Source of the DNA: Octopus sinensis
Lineage: Eukaryota
Direction: 5' to 3'
Length of the DNA: 64,000 nucleotides
NCBI RefSeq assembly: GCF_006345805.1
Contig: NC_043000.1
Coordinates: 13,516,001 to 13,580,000, forward strand
Below are positions 39,912-53,354 of this stretch, piece after piece (positions within the stretch are counted from its first letter, which is position 1; the number at the start of each line of letters is the position of its first letter). The notes under the pieces are model-generated. The model saw only the letters and a list, made by a program, of their open reading frames with translations. It did not search any database and had not been told where the DNA came from. The position numbers and the translations under genes are program-made.

Positions 39912-40300
39912 ACTAGCAGTATCGCCTGGCATTGCTCGGGTTTGTTTCAATCCTTTAGAATTGGAATTTTTGAAAAGTAAAAATTTTGCATTATGTAGCT
40001 TGTTATTCTTCTCTTTAAGTGAACATTTTTCTGGTTGAAATACACTGAAAAATGGCGACACAACAGTAAAAAAATCGTAAAAAAATAGGGATTTTCATAG
40101 AAAAAAAGCACCTTTTTGATGTAAATAATTTTTGGTCTTAACATTGTCCGATTTGAATTTTTTCTTCTAAGGAATGAAGAGCAAGCCTTCTTCTATCATA
40201 CTTTCAAATTGGGTCAACTTGCACTGCAGGGTCTTGGAGGAAATAGTGGTAGTTGAAGGCTACCAAACCTGCCATACACAGACAACTTCAGCTTTATATA
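39912..40300 (+). mobile_element. Helitron/Helentron-like non-autonomous element
   Basis: Start ACTAGCAGTATCGCCTGGCATTGCTCGGG and end CAGACAACTTCAGCTTTATATAT resemble the termini of such elements as I recall them. Confidence 0.45.
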
Positions 40301-41104
40301 TACAGAGATTAACTAGTATGTCCTTTTCCCTGAGATTGTAGATCTTAAGTAGAGGGAAATTTGGTTTCTATTCTTAGCAAGGTGAGCAAATAATTATGTA
40401 GAGAGTTGCCATTGGCCCCAAGTAAATATAGTTCAACATTTTGTAAGTAAATGTGTGATGAAATTTCCACCAATGAAATGGCAGAACACATTCCCTTTGG
40501 AATGTCTTCTTAGTTGGTAGGAGCAGATTCACTTCAAAAAGGAATGACTTACTAGACTGCTATCCAGCTAATATTGTCCGTAGATGAAGGTACAGCACAA
40601 TGGACATTGCATGCCAATGTCTGAGTTCAGCCGTATCATATGGAACCTTACAGCAAAGACTCATCCCTTACACATTCCAAGAGACCATTGTTTATATCCT
40701 CCCAGTTCTTGCCATGTGCTATGAACTATGTCTGGCTAGGGAGATAGCTCCCTATCTTTACAAAACACATAGTGCATATCAGAATATCACACCCTCTATT
40801 ACTAACAATTAGTTTAATGAAATGTGAGCTGAACTTACATTTACTTGGACATGCTGGAATGGGATGTCTGAGCATGGCTGTTTGGACACTGGTGATTTGG
40901 CATGGTTGATTGGACATAGGAATTGTTTTGGTGACAGTATCTTCTGCTGCTGAAGGGGAACACACACATATGCACAGAAACATTCATATATAGGCAGAAA
41001 GAGTGAGAGAGAGAAAGAGAGATTAAAATTTATTAATTGAAACTAAGTGACATAAATACTTTCCCTTTCTTTGTATGCATAAAGAGAAATATATTCATAC
41101 ACAT

Positions 41105-41139
<35 letters not shown>

Positions 41140-41289
41140 GAGAGAGAGACAGACAGACAGAGAAAGGAAGAGAGTGTGAGAGTTGGATCTTCTGCAGTAT
41201 TGCTTATCAGTCACCACAGTACTCAGTTATCTTCTTTATCAGGTGAAGTACCTTTACATAATTTTTTTCCACTGCCTTGTCCTAAGTCT

Positions 41290-41400
41290 TCCTTGGGCTC
41301 CCTCTTCTACAGGTACCATTTACTCTGAGGACTCGGCACTTGCTTATGAGCTGTGATTATCCATTTGCATCATATGACTGCCTGTACCAGTGTAATCTGA
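41290..41400 (-). pseudogene. Old RTE C-terminal fossil
   Basis: Minus strand CNVQEIRLHWY...HMMQM...KCRVLRVNGTCRRGSPRKT aligns by eye with the end of the 7941-8786 ORF. Confidence 0.6.
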
Positions 41401-42177
41401 TCTCTTGCACATTACATCTAATTCTTCAATAACTGAAGATGAAGAAATGACAGAAGGAATGAATGAACGAATGACTGAATGAATGAATGAATGAATGAAT
41501 GATGATGACGATGACAGCAATGGTGATGATGACTACAGCAATGATAATGATGATGATGATGATGACAACGACGACAACAATGATGATGGCGATGATGATG
41601 ACGATGGTGATGGTGATTGATAATGATGGCAATAGTGATGATGAGGTTGACAATAATAATGATAATAATGATGATAATAAAAATTATGACAGCAAGAATG
41701 ATGATGATGATGATGATGACAATGACGACGATGATGGCGGTGATGATGTAAATGACTTTGACAATGGCAAAGATAACAGTGGTAAGGATGAGGTTCATCA
41801 GGATAATTATAGTGATGATAATGATGATGATTATGACGACGACGACGAAGATGATAATGATGAAAATGACAATATTGGTGGTGGTGGTGGTGGTGGTGGT
41901 GCTGATGATCCTGATGGTGGTGGTGGTGGTGGTACTGATGATCCTGATGAGGATCGTTATGATGGTGATATTCATGCTAATCAAGATAGTGGTAGTAGTG
42001 GTGGTGGTGGTGGTGGTGGTGGTGATGATGTTAATGATGTTGATCATAAAACGACTGATGCTGCAGCCAACACTGAATATGATTTGCAAGCTCTCTGTCT
42101 TTCATACAGCTTTGATGCAAATCTTCCCATTAATCTTAGTCCATGGCTTTAGTATTACAAGTAAAGTAAAATAGCTT

Positions 42178-42215
<38 letters not shown>

Positions 42216-42577
42216 TCTCTTTGTCTCTTGCACTCTCTCTCTCTCTCTCTCTTTACCTCTACTTATCCTCCCTCACTCTTTCTAATTTGTGTTTCTTTAA
42301 AGCCTCCACATTAACTTGAATGATAGGTTCATTGTGAAGAATGTATCTGGTATATCTACTTTGTTGATCTCTATCTTCCATTGCAGCAGCTTTCATCCCT
42401 ACAATTTATATATTAATCTATAAATCTATCTATGCATCCATGCATATCTCATATCTATATCCATCCATCCATCCATCCATCCATCCATCAATACATACAT
42501 ACATACATACATACATACTTATACCCACACACATAAATATACTCAGATAGATACACACACTCACACACACACACACA

Positions 42578-42613
<36 letters not shown>

Positions 42614-42912
42614 CAAGCATACGACTGCACATTCTTGTTTGTAAAATACCAATCACATTTGACACTTCCATAGTTTGTTTATAAAATGTTGCCGCATTCC
42701 AAAAAGCTATTATTTAGCATTAAAATTGACAGTAATTGTTGTCAGTGGGCCATTGAGCCTAAAGGCAGAGTATTCAGCCAGTATCTGAGGGGTGCAGGTT
42801 CAAGTTCCATAGCCATCTGTAGGCAACATTTTTCCATCTTTTGAGGGTAAAATACCCAAACTTTCTGTTGTTTTCACAGGTATACTGTATTTGAAATTTA
42901 CTCTCTTGCCTG

Positions 42913-42960
<48 letters not shown>

Positions 42961-43909
42961 TCATCATCATTTAACGACCATGTTCAATGCTGGCATTGAT
43001 TGGATAGTAGGAGTAGATGCTCTTTCCAATGTCAGCCACTTTACAGCATGTAATGGGTGCATTTTTCCATGCCACCAGCACTAGTGAAACCACCATGCAG
43101 TGTATAAGACTATGGTCTCCAAAGAGGAAACTTTATGCAAGCAGATGAGAGGTAAAGCAAGAATAAAGCTACAAAAGAAGGGGCCGGAGCAAAACAGATT
43201 TCTTGTAGAAGGGCTATGTGACTGCTCCCATTTTAGAAGAGAGGGTGCGAGTGAATGAGTAGGGCTAGAAATCAATAAAATATAGTGGTAGGAGATGTCA
43301 AGGTATGAGGTGGGTAGAAATGAGGAAGACAGAGTGACCAAGAGTGAGGTGGAGAGTAGGAGATGGCTGACAATGCAGAACAGTAGGATGGTAATGATGA
43401 AACAGTAGACAGGAGAATGACAAAAGAGAGGTGATATTGGGTAGCTTGCCATAATGAGTAGGGGAGAGAGAGGCAGGCATAGTGCATGAAGAGAGAATGT
43501 ATGGTGATGGGAGAGGAGATGATTTTAGTGGCTCAGTGAGTTGGTGTTATCAATAAAAGTGTGGGTGGAGAGAACAGTATTAATAGAAGATAACAAGTGA
43601 CACTGGGCAAAACGCTTAGCAGTATTTCGTCTGCCGTTACGTTCTGAGTTCAAATTCCGCCAAAGTCGACTTTGCCTTTCATCCTTTCGGGGTCGATAAA
43701 TTAAGTACCAGTTACACACTGGGGTCGATCTAATCGACTGGCACCCTCCCCCCAAAATTTCGGGCCCTGTGCCTAGAGCAGAAAAGAGTAGGTAACAAGT
43801 GAAATAGTTCAGGGTGGTAAAAAAAGTAAATGATTATCAAGGAAGAGCTGCAGTTAGGGAGGTGATGAGTGGTGGGGGCGTCTTGAGGAGAGAAGAAATT
43901 ATACATATA

Positions 43910-44784
43910 CGAGGGGGTACCCAAAAGAAACCGGAATTTTGCCATGTTTTTTATTCACTTAGTTTTACATATTTACACTTTTATCGCCTTCAAAGTATTC
44001 TCCATTTGAAATAATGCATAGATCCAGATGCTTTTTCTACTGTTGAATGCAGTGCTGGAATTCTTGCGAAGTGATGCCTTTTAACACTTCTGTCTTTTTT
44101 TTCTTCATCTCTTCCACATCTGCAAATTCCGTAGCACCAGCTTTTGTCACCAGTGATGACCTTTGAAAAAAGGTCCAGATCAACTTCCACCTGTTCTTTC
44201 AGTTCATGATAAGCATTCAGTCGTGACTGCTTTTGATCTTCCATGAGCAAGTGAGGCACAAATTTTGCTGCGACTCTTTCTATTCACAATTCTTTGCTCA
44301 AAATTCGTTGGCAAGAGCTCCAGGACAAACCAGTCATACCAACAAGTTTGTCAATTGTTTGGTGACAGTCCTCCAAGATCAGTTCATGAATTTCCATGAT
44401 GTTTTCCGGAGGTTGACAATCACCTTGAACAAGGTTGGTCTTCAAGCGACAAGTTCTCATTCCTAAAGCACGAAAACCACTTGTAAACTCGTGTTTTGCT
44501 CATGGTAGTGGTCTTGTCAGCTGTTTGAAGCGTGACAACTGTTTCAACCACCGTTTCCCCCAGCAGAAAACAGATTTTCACAGCAGCACACTATTCATTT
44601 CAACCATGGCAAAAATCAACATACAGGGGAGAAGCACTTCAAAACAAAAGTGCACCACATGACAGGACAACCACAAGCACCACTGCCAGTCAGCAGATTA
44701 ATGCCTAAGGGTTGCACTAAGTGGCTTTTAGTGGCGGGCTTGTCCCACAGAGAATGTTTTTGGTAACTTTTAGGTACCCCCTCA
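43910..44784 (-). mobile_element. Internally deleted mariner transposon
   Basis: TIRs CGAGGGGGTACCCAAAAG / CTTTTAGGTACCCCCTCA with TA on both sides. Minus-strand PHLLMEDQKQSRL...KVITGDKSWCYG. Confidence 0.93.
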
Positions 44785-44869
44785 TATATATCATCATCAT
44801 CATTTAACATCTGTCTTCCATACATGCATGGGTAGGACAATTGACAAGAGCTGTCCAGGTAGAAAACGC

Positions 44870-45250
44870 TCGACCTTTATTCTCTAGAAAAACGCTGCCG
44901 CCGTGGTGATCTCATTCTCGCCCACAACATCATAAGTGGAAAGTGTAACCTCTCGAAAGAGCTGTTCTTCACTCCTGCTCCAGAGCGTCGGCTACGGGGT
45001 CATACCGAAAAGCTCTACCTGCGACGATTTCATCTCAATCAAAGGAGAGGAGCCTTCTCCGTCCGTGTTGCGGATCCGTGGAACAAGCTGCCAGACGAGA
45101 TAGTGAAGATGCCGACGACCGCTTTGTTCAAAGCCTCCCTTGACCTCAAGTGGCCTGAACTCTTTACATGAACACCACCCTGTACTTAACTCCATGTCCC
45201 CCTACATGGCCTTGCTATTTGCTTTTGAGCCAAATTAACTAACTAACTAC
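44870..45250 (+). mobile_element. CR1-clade LINE 3' end nested in an RTE-tail repeat
   Basis: LYSLEKRCRRGDLILAHNII...RGHTEKL...FSVRVADPWNKLPDEIV...FKASLD, followed by a (TAAC)n tail. Confidence 0.9.
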
Positions 45251-45824
45251 CCTAGGCTACTGTGTCTGTTTTGGCAGAGCTTTTACAACTGGATGCCCTT
45301 CCTAATATCAAACCACTCAGTAGAGTGGACTTTTTATGTGGCACCAGCACAGGCAAGTTTAGTTTTGGCATGATTTTTACAGCTGGATGCCCTTCCAAAT
45401 GCCAACCACTTTACAATGTGGACAGGATGCTTTTTATGTAGCACCAGCACTGGCAGGGTCACTAAGTAACTTACAAGACAAGGAATTATGAGAGAGGCAG
45501 GGGCATTGGAGGAGGTGATCCAGTATCAGATGATGAAAAGTTAGAGCGTTACAGAGAAATAGAGGCAGAAATATACACACACAGCTCTACCAGAATTCAG
45601 TTTTACCAAGATGGGAGAGATTAGGTAACAAACATTATCAACTACTAGATATGGTGACTGTGGGTTCTTGACAGAAGATGGCCATCACCTTTTAATTATT
45701 CATGCTTCCAAACTCTGCACGTGCTTATGCAAATGGCTCATGATTTTAACTTCTGATTTGAATACTTCTTTGCAAAATATGACAACTCTGAGATAATTTT
45801 TGACCAGTTCTATATTTAAGAGAT

Positions 45825-46085
45825 GAGGAATTATGTACATTATTTACATTCGACAGATATTTGTCCTCATCTTGTTTGTTGTTAACATGTTTCAGCTGAT
45901 GTACCCTCCAACCTTCTTCAGGTGTCTTGGGGAAATTTCGAACCTGGGTTCTCATTCCTAAGGTATTTTTCGATGTTATTATTATTATTGTTGTTATTGT
46001 TCAGGTCACTGCTTAGAATCGAATTCGGAATCTTGGGGTTAGTAGCCCGCACTCTTAACCACTATGCCATATACCCATGGGCATA
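45825..46085 (-). mobile_element. Element with a tRNA-like head and a Penelope-like, hammerhead-like tail
   Basis: Minus strand: TGGCATAGTGGTTAAGAG...GAATTCGATTC (A and B boxes), then (AAT)n, then CTGAAGAAGGTTGG...CAGCTGAAAC. The terminal segments are inverted copies (45835-45860 vs about 46085-46110). Confidence 0.55.
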
Positions 46086-46601
46086 TATCCGTCAAATGTA
46101 AATAATATGAATAATGTAAATAATTTTTTGATTAGTTCTGCAGGCACATTTTTATGTATTTTTATCTGCATCTTCAGGCCCCCAGTAGACCTATGAACCT
46201 TGTTACATATTGAACACATATTTTGTTTTGGTTGTGAAGGGAATATGTTCCTATAAAGATTTCTTCTTTTGCAATGTGATTATCCATGACTAACTAATTC
46301 AGCTTTTGATTAAAAAAATGTCAGTTACAGAGAACACACATGAATCTTCCCTCAGAATCACTAAGCAGACTTTCCTGCTTTCAAATAGCTTATCTTATTT
46401 TTGCATGTTGAATTCTGTTCTATCTAAATGTTTCACAAACGTCTTTGAATGAACCAAGCCATTTGATCAGTCCAACACAATCTTGATTTCCTATTTAAAA
46501 AGACTGAGGTTTGCCTTTATCACATCTTTATATCTCTTCTAAGGTTTATCAGATTTTAATATCTCTTTTAGTATATGCAAATATATATCCATACATGTAT
46601 A

Positions 46602-47434
46602 CAAGATCTAATCAAAAAGCATCAGGACTGATGTTATAAAGAAGAAAAAAACTACAACACATATCAACTTGGCATTTAATGATCTTTGAAGTAGTTTCCT
46701 TCTGAAGTCACACACCTTATTCAGCATCGTTTTCATTGATGGAAGCATTCCTGGAACTCCTTTTGGGGATAGTAAGCAGCTGCCTCATTGCATTCTCATG
46801 TCTTGAAATTTTGTTCCTTTCAAACACAATTTCATTTTTGGAAAGCGGAAAAAGTCGTAAGGGGCGAAATCTGGGGAATATGGTGGTTGTCAAATCTGGG
46901 GAATGTGGGGCCAAAAACTGCTGCAACTAAAAGCAGTTTTGGTACAAGAACTATAACTAATGTTCACATCCTCTGACAACTCATGCATGGTGATCTGACC
47001 ATCTTTATGAGCAGCTGGTTGCACATCTGTGATATTTCCATCAATTATGATGATTGCAGGTCTCCTAGACCACGCCTTGCTGTTGACATTTTGTGAGCCT
47101 TCTTGGAAATGTTTGAACCACTCATCCACTTGTGTCCAGATCATACACTCCCCACCATACACTTTTTGCAACTTTGCATAGGTCTCTGCAGAGGCACCAC
47201 CAAGCTTTTGGCAAAATTTGATGCAGATTCTCAGCTTTATTTTCTTGGTGAGATGACCACGCTCTACACACTTTACTTCCAAGTTTTGCTACAAACAACA
47301 CAAGTGAGCAAGAACGTTATAACTTAGTGTGCATGAGTAACAGAGTTCAAGGTCAATCTGTTCCAAGCGGCTTCATTCTAAGTACTTTAGCTCTGTTACA
47401 ATAGCAAGTCCCAGTACTTTTTGATCAGACTTTG
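46602..47434 (-). mobile_element. Internally deleted mariner transposon (second family)
   Basis: TIRs CAAGATCTAATCAAAAAG / CTTTTTGATCAGACTTTG with TA flanks. HTH region RICIKFCQKLG...ETYAKLQKVYG...WFKHFQEG. Confidence 0.93.
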
Positions 47435-47962
47435 TATATGAATATATATTTGCATGTGTGTGTATTTATGATGCTTCATGTTCATCTAAGTCTTTATCTT
47501 TTTTATGTCTTATATTAAACTTGCAGTTCTAAAACATTCTTTACATCTTAGCTAGTTTCTTAAACCAACAAGAGCTAAGCCAACTCAATTTATTCATCGC
47601 TCTTCTACAGTCTTATTTCTCTACATCTCCATAATGCAGTAGTTTTAATTATTCATTCATCTCTGTGATCCAATGTGTTTATCTGTCAGACACTGGTGTC
47701 AGTATTTGCTGAATACACAAGCCTGGACAGCATCTAAAGTCTTTTGAAGCTGCAGTCCCCCGGTTGCTTCTCCTTCTTTAGACATTCTGCATTATTACAT
47801 TTCAGCTAAAATCCTTTTTATTTATTTTATTTCTGTATTTGGCTTGCAAGATTCTTGATGTGAATTCATATGTTAAAACAAATTTTGTTGTATTCTGGAG
47901 AGAGCCATTATGCCAATAATAAGCACACACACTGGTTCTATTTCACTTCCTTATTATTATTA

Positions 47963-48017
<55 letters not shown>

Positions 48018-48439
48018 TTCATTCATTCATTCATTCATCTCTCCCACCGTATATAAACTAGCTCATTCAGATTCTCCTACCTCATATTTTAATACCTAAC
48101 CACACGGAGTAGAAACCAGAAGATGTTCAGATAAGCAACCTTGTTTTCCAACCTGGCACACATCTAAAACCTCTTTTTCAGCACAAATTATAATTACTTT
48201 ATTATTTCATTTCATTTCATTATCTATCTATTTCATTATCTATCTATATAAACACAGTTTCGTCTTCCCTGTTGTATGTTTAGAGAAAAAACTTAAGATC
48301 CCTTCACTCAATCCAACTCTCCCTCTTTCTCCTGCTCTTTCATGCTCATTTATTATTGCCATTTATTTATTCATTTATCTAATTTTATCACAGTTTGGTT
48401 AACCGAAACTGTTGGTTATAGCTCCAGTTAAGAATTCAA

Positions 48440-49510
48440 ATGCCCAATGCTATCTCATTGTTATCATTAATATTTTCTCACACTGGCAGCCTGAGTTTTT
48501 GCTGTTTGCCCACCCACTGGAAGTCACTCTGTTTGCCCACTGGAAGTCACTCTCCTCTGACCTCAGTCGGATGTCTCTCCCATGAACACCTCCAAAGGTT
48601 TAATGTTCCCCCCATCCTTACTTAGGGTTTATCTTCTCTGTAATGTAGTAATTATGTAATGCATAAAATGATGGCATAGTGTATGCAGGTTGAAGGCTAT
48701 TGTATGTTTATGAGTTCTGCCAAATGTGAGCTTTCTTTTCAGGTACATGACACAGCTGTCCCCCATCCCAGTGTCTCACAAGTCCACACCTCCCACACCC
48801 TCAGAGTTGGCACACTGAAAGTTAGATCTGGTGAGATTGTTGAGATGCTTGAACGGAGATGTGTAGATTTGTGCTGTATCCAAGAAGTAGTGTGGAGAAC
48901 AAGTTCTTCTAAGTTCCTCACAGGCAAAGAACATAAGTATAAGATTTTCTGGGCAGGGAACACTGATGGGATCGGAGGCGTGGGTATACTCTTTGCGGAG
49001 AAATGGGTTGATAAGGTAACCAAGGTAGTCAGAGTCTGTGATAGAATACTTAAGCTTAGTTTAGTGCTGCAACATGTGTTAGCAACCATTATCTCAGCTT
49101 ATGCTCCTCAGCCAGGGATACCTGATGAACAGAAAGACCGATTTTATGACACCCTCTTGCAGACTTCCTTGTCGATGAATGACAGGGACCTTCTCTTTGT
49201 GGTTGGCGACTTCAATGGGCATGCTGGACAACATCCAGGGCGCTTCCATGACATACACGGAGGCTATGGTTTTGGTTCCTGCAATGAAGAAGGAACCAGG
49301 CTGCTGGAGTTCTGCAAAGCAAATGATCTTATGGTTTGTAATACTAACTTCAGGAAACCTGCCAGTCACCTATTTACCTACCGATCTGGTGAGCACATTA
49401 GTCAAATTGATTACATCCTCACCAGGAAATTGGAAAGATGACTACTTATAAATACCAAAACCTTCCCAGGTGAAGAATGCACTCCACAATATAGATTAGT
49501 AGTTTGGCAA
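48440..49510 (+). mobile_element. RTE LINE 5' fragment encoding an AP-like endonuclease, 3'-truncated
   Basis: DLCCIQE, GGVGIL, IISAYAPQ, VGDFNGH, NEEGTRLLEFC and SQIDYIL motifs. The 5' boundary is approximate. Confidence 0.95.
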
Positions 49511-50300
49511 ATTAAATTTAAATGTTAAAGTGAATCTAATGGTTTTTTGTGTGTTTCTTAAATGGCGCAGGAGTGGCTGTGTGGTAAGTAGCTTGCTAAC
49601 CAACCACATGGTTCCGGGTTCAGTCCCCCTGCGTGGCATCTTGGGCAAGTGTCTTCTGCTATAGCCCCGGGCCGACCAATGCCTTGTGAGTGGATTTGGT
49701 AGACGGAAACTGAAAGAAGCCTGTTGTATATATGTGTATATATATATGTGTGTGTATGTGTGTTTCTGTGTCTGTGTTTGTCCCCCTAGCATGGTGGTGT
49801 GTTTACGTCCCCATCACTTAGCGGTTCGGCAAAAGAGACCAATAGAATAAGTACTGGGCTTACAAAGAATAAGTCCCGGGGTTGATTTGCTCGACTAAAA
49901 GGCGGTGCTCCAGCATGGCCGCAGTCAAATGACTGAAACAAGTAAAAGAGGTTTATAAACACCTTCCATGCTGCAATTGTATTTTTTATTATTATTACTT
50001 TTCTTTTTATCTCAAGTTCTGTTTTAACTCCTGGAGTCTTGCATGCATAGTGGGCAGCCTGCAGTACTATGCTATCTGTTCTTTTCAACTACCTAATATT
50101 TTCCTGATTATTCTGGCCATGCGAAAGAGGTAAACTTTTTGTAACAGTTCTACTGGGCACCCTATTCCAATTTCCTTATTTTCGTCTTGATGCTTTCTGA
50201 TACCAACCTCAAGAACCCAACATCAATTGGCACTATCTTCACCTTCTTCATTTTTCATAGCCAGGCTATTTCATACTTAAGAAGATAGTGTATATTACTA

Positions 50301-50383
<83 letters not shown>

Positions 50384-50387
50384 TTTT

Positions 50388-50625
50388 ATTAGTCAATTGG
50401 TTAAACATTCAACCAGTTAATTGTTTGATTAAACATTCAGTCAATCAATCAATTGGATTTGTCAAAGTTCTTTCATTGCCATTCACAAATTCATCAATAA
50501 CATGCCCTTTCAGCTCTAAATTTGCTTCAGATTAGACAAACAAAGCTGATTGATTTACTGACTGAACAATTAATCAAAACAACTGATTAGCTAATTGGTT
50601 AAATGATTAACCAAGAAACTAATAA
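50388..50625. mobile_element. Degenerate fold-back element/MITE in (ATT)n
   Basis: Imperfect inverted ends of about 65 bp: TTATTAGTCAATTGGTTAAACATTCAACC vs GGTTAAATGATTAACCAAGAAACTAATAA. Confidence 0.5.
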
Positions 50626-50825
50626 TAATAAGAGAAGCGAAATAGAACCAGCTCAAGTGTTTATTACTGCTATAACAATCCTCCCAAGATACAACAAAAC
50701 ACTTTCATTTACACATTATTTTAATGCATTTTCTTCAGGAAATTTATTGGGATTTTCAAATTAGAGATTGAACTAGCACTATTCTAGAGAACAACTCAAG
50801 TAGACTTTGAGTGAATGTATCTGCT

Positions 50826-50990
50826 TCTTAGTAAACATACCTATAACTGTTCAAGAGAATGCACCTATCACTGTATCAGAGAATAAATCTGGCACTGTCA
50901 TAGAGAACAAACCTATAACTATCTTAAAGAACAGCTGTATCACTGTTACAGAGAACAAGCCTATCACTGTTATAAAAACAGATCTAGAAC
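50826..50990 (+). repeat. Diverged 24-bp minisatellite translating as PITVxENK repeats
   Basis: About 6 units of CCTATCACTGTTACAGAGAACAAA with the frame preserved, ending in TAG at 50993-50995. Confidence 0.8.
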
Positions 50991-52482
50991 TGTAGCAAAT
51001 TATGCAGTAATTTACTCAAGCATGACTGTGTGGTATGGCTGTGAAGATAGACGTATATATGGCTATGTGGTATGGATGTAAAGATAGGCATAGACATGGC
51101 TGTGTGGTTAAGAATCTCACTTTGGAACCACATGGTTTTGACTTCAGTTCCACTGCATGGTACCTTGGGCGAGTGTCTTCTACTATAGTCGAAGTTGAAG
51201 TCTGCAACAAAGTCATTAGCAGGAAAAGAAGTGTAGAGAACTGATGTTGTGGGAAGAAGAGACTAATGAAAGTGTTAAATGCAAAGCCTGAGCAGGTCAC
51301 AGTATGGGTAATGAGAGGGGCAATGAGTGAGCGAGCAAGCCTGAATAGATGTGGCAAATGATCAACCAGCACATAAGAGCAGAGATCACTCAAGTAGGAG
51401 TAAGAAAAATAGGGTGAGAAAAACAGCATACCTTTAGGCCAGAAGATGGAGTGTGTTGGCATGCAACTCAGGGCTCTGTTTTTATCAGTCAGAAGGACAT
51501 TTTGCAATGTGGTCAACGATGTTTGTATGTATAACAGCAGCAGCAGCACCATTTCTTATGTGAGGGTAGTAATGAATAGTTGTATATTCTGGTACTGGAG
51601 AGGAAGGCTAGTATAGGTACTAAGCTCTACTTTGTACCACACGGCATATTTTGTACATATTGTGTGGTACATGAGATCATGTGACCAATCAGATTATCAG
51701 ACGTTACACATCACTGGTCACAATGCACTTTGCAACATTTTAGCATTCAAATGACACCACCATTCAGACCAACATTCCTCTCTGATCAAGACGGAGATGG
51801 GAGCAATGTGAAATGAAGTGTTTTGCTCAAGAACACAACATGCTGCCTGGTCTGGGAATGAAACCCACAATCTAGCAATCGTGAGTGCAACAGCCTCACC
51901 ACTTAGGCCACACACCTTCATGTGTGTGGTATATAAAAACATTCAAGCGAGGTCGTTGCCAGTACCGCCTGACTGGCCCCCCATGCCGGTAGCACGTAAA
52001 AGCACCCACTACACTCTCGGAGTGGTTGGCGTTAGGAAGGGCATCCAGCTGTAGAAACTCTGCCAGATCAAGATTGGAGCCTGGTGCAGCCATCTGGTTC
52101 GCCAGCCCTCGGTCAAATCGTCCAACACATGCTAGCATGGAAAGCAGGCGTTAAACGATGATGATGATGATGATGAGTATTGTGATGGTTGTAAGTAAGC
52201 ATCACTGCCATGCAGATGATGTTTGCTTCTAGTCTTCTGAGGAAAATATGTCTGGCCATGGGAAAATTACTTTGCCTAGAAACAGGTGAGGGTTGGCAGC
52301 AGCAAAGGAAAGACATCCTGATGTAGAGAAAATCTACCACAACAAATTCTGTCTAACCCATGCATGCATGGAAAAATGGTCATTAAATAATAAGGAGGAT
52401 GGTGAAGACAATGATAATGATGAAAATGGTGATGACAACGACGATGATGACACTGATGATGGCAATGATGACGATGACGACA

Positions 52483-52540
<58 letters not shown>

Positions 52541-52564
52541 CGATGACGGTAGTGATGATTTTAA

Positions 52565-53215
52565 GTTGTCATGAATATTGTGAGAAAAATTTTAAATTTC
52601 ATTCAAGTCAAAGTTCTCTGTAATAGGAATTTTCAAGTCATCCTGGAAATTAAGAAGTGAATGTTAAATTCAGTTTTACCATACTTATGTGTGCTGGCAT
52701 TCACAAGCACAGGCTTTATATTTAGTTGTTATTATGTCTGAGGAAATTGCCATTTTCCTCAAAGAAAATGGTAAAAAATTTGCAGAAAAGTTTCTTCGAA
52801 GTTCCTGGAAGAACATGGAGGAAAGAATTTTGCAGAGAAAGTTCATTTTACCTGTCACTTGTTTATCAGATGTACTAACCATTTAAATGACCCGAACCTA
52901 GTGCAGGTATTCAACAAAAGCAGCTTACAGTCTTTTGATAGACAGACACATTTGAAAAAGATCTCACTTTTGAAGCACTAAAACTAAAGATTTCTCTTAA
53001 TTTCTCTTGTTTCTGAAAGGGGTCAGAGAACAGCTGGGAAACAATCCTTTGTTGAAAGAAGGAATTAGTAATTATTTGCTTGTGCTTGAGATGACACTGA
53101 AGAAGTACACACTGAAGGAACCTATTGGCAGCTGGATTCACCAACTTTGGTTATTAGACATACACAATTTCAAAAACTTTAAAGAAGAGTTACTGGAACA
53201 ACAAAATTCTTTTTC
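52565..53215 (+). pseudogene. hAT (Charlie/Buster, ZBED5-like) transposase fossil
   Basis: IVRKILNFIQ...YHTYVCWHSQAQAL...EEIAIFLKE...LSDVL...HLNDPNLVQG...SWI matches the family pattern VVNFIK...HTEVRWLSRG...EIxxFL...LSDIF...LNxLNLxLQG. Frameshifted. Confidence 0.7.
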
Positions 53216-53354
53216 AATCCCTTTCTTTGACAGGCACAGGCATGGCTGTGAGGTTAAGAAGCTTGATTTGCATTCACATGGTTTGGGTTCAATCCCTCTG
53301 CACAGTTGACCAATGCCTTGTGAATGAATTTGGTAGACAGAAACTGTGTGGAAG

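Noticed and set aside
41418-42174. 217-aa Asp/Gly-rich ORF resembling an acidic biomineralisation protein
   Set aside because: It is a degenerate (GAT)/(GGT)n region open in several frames on both strands, with no signal peptide or convincing splice sites, and it sits between microsatellites.
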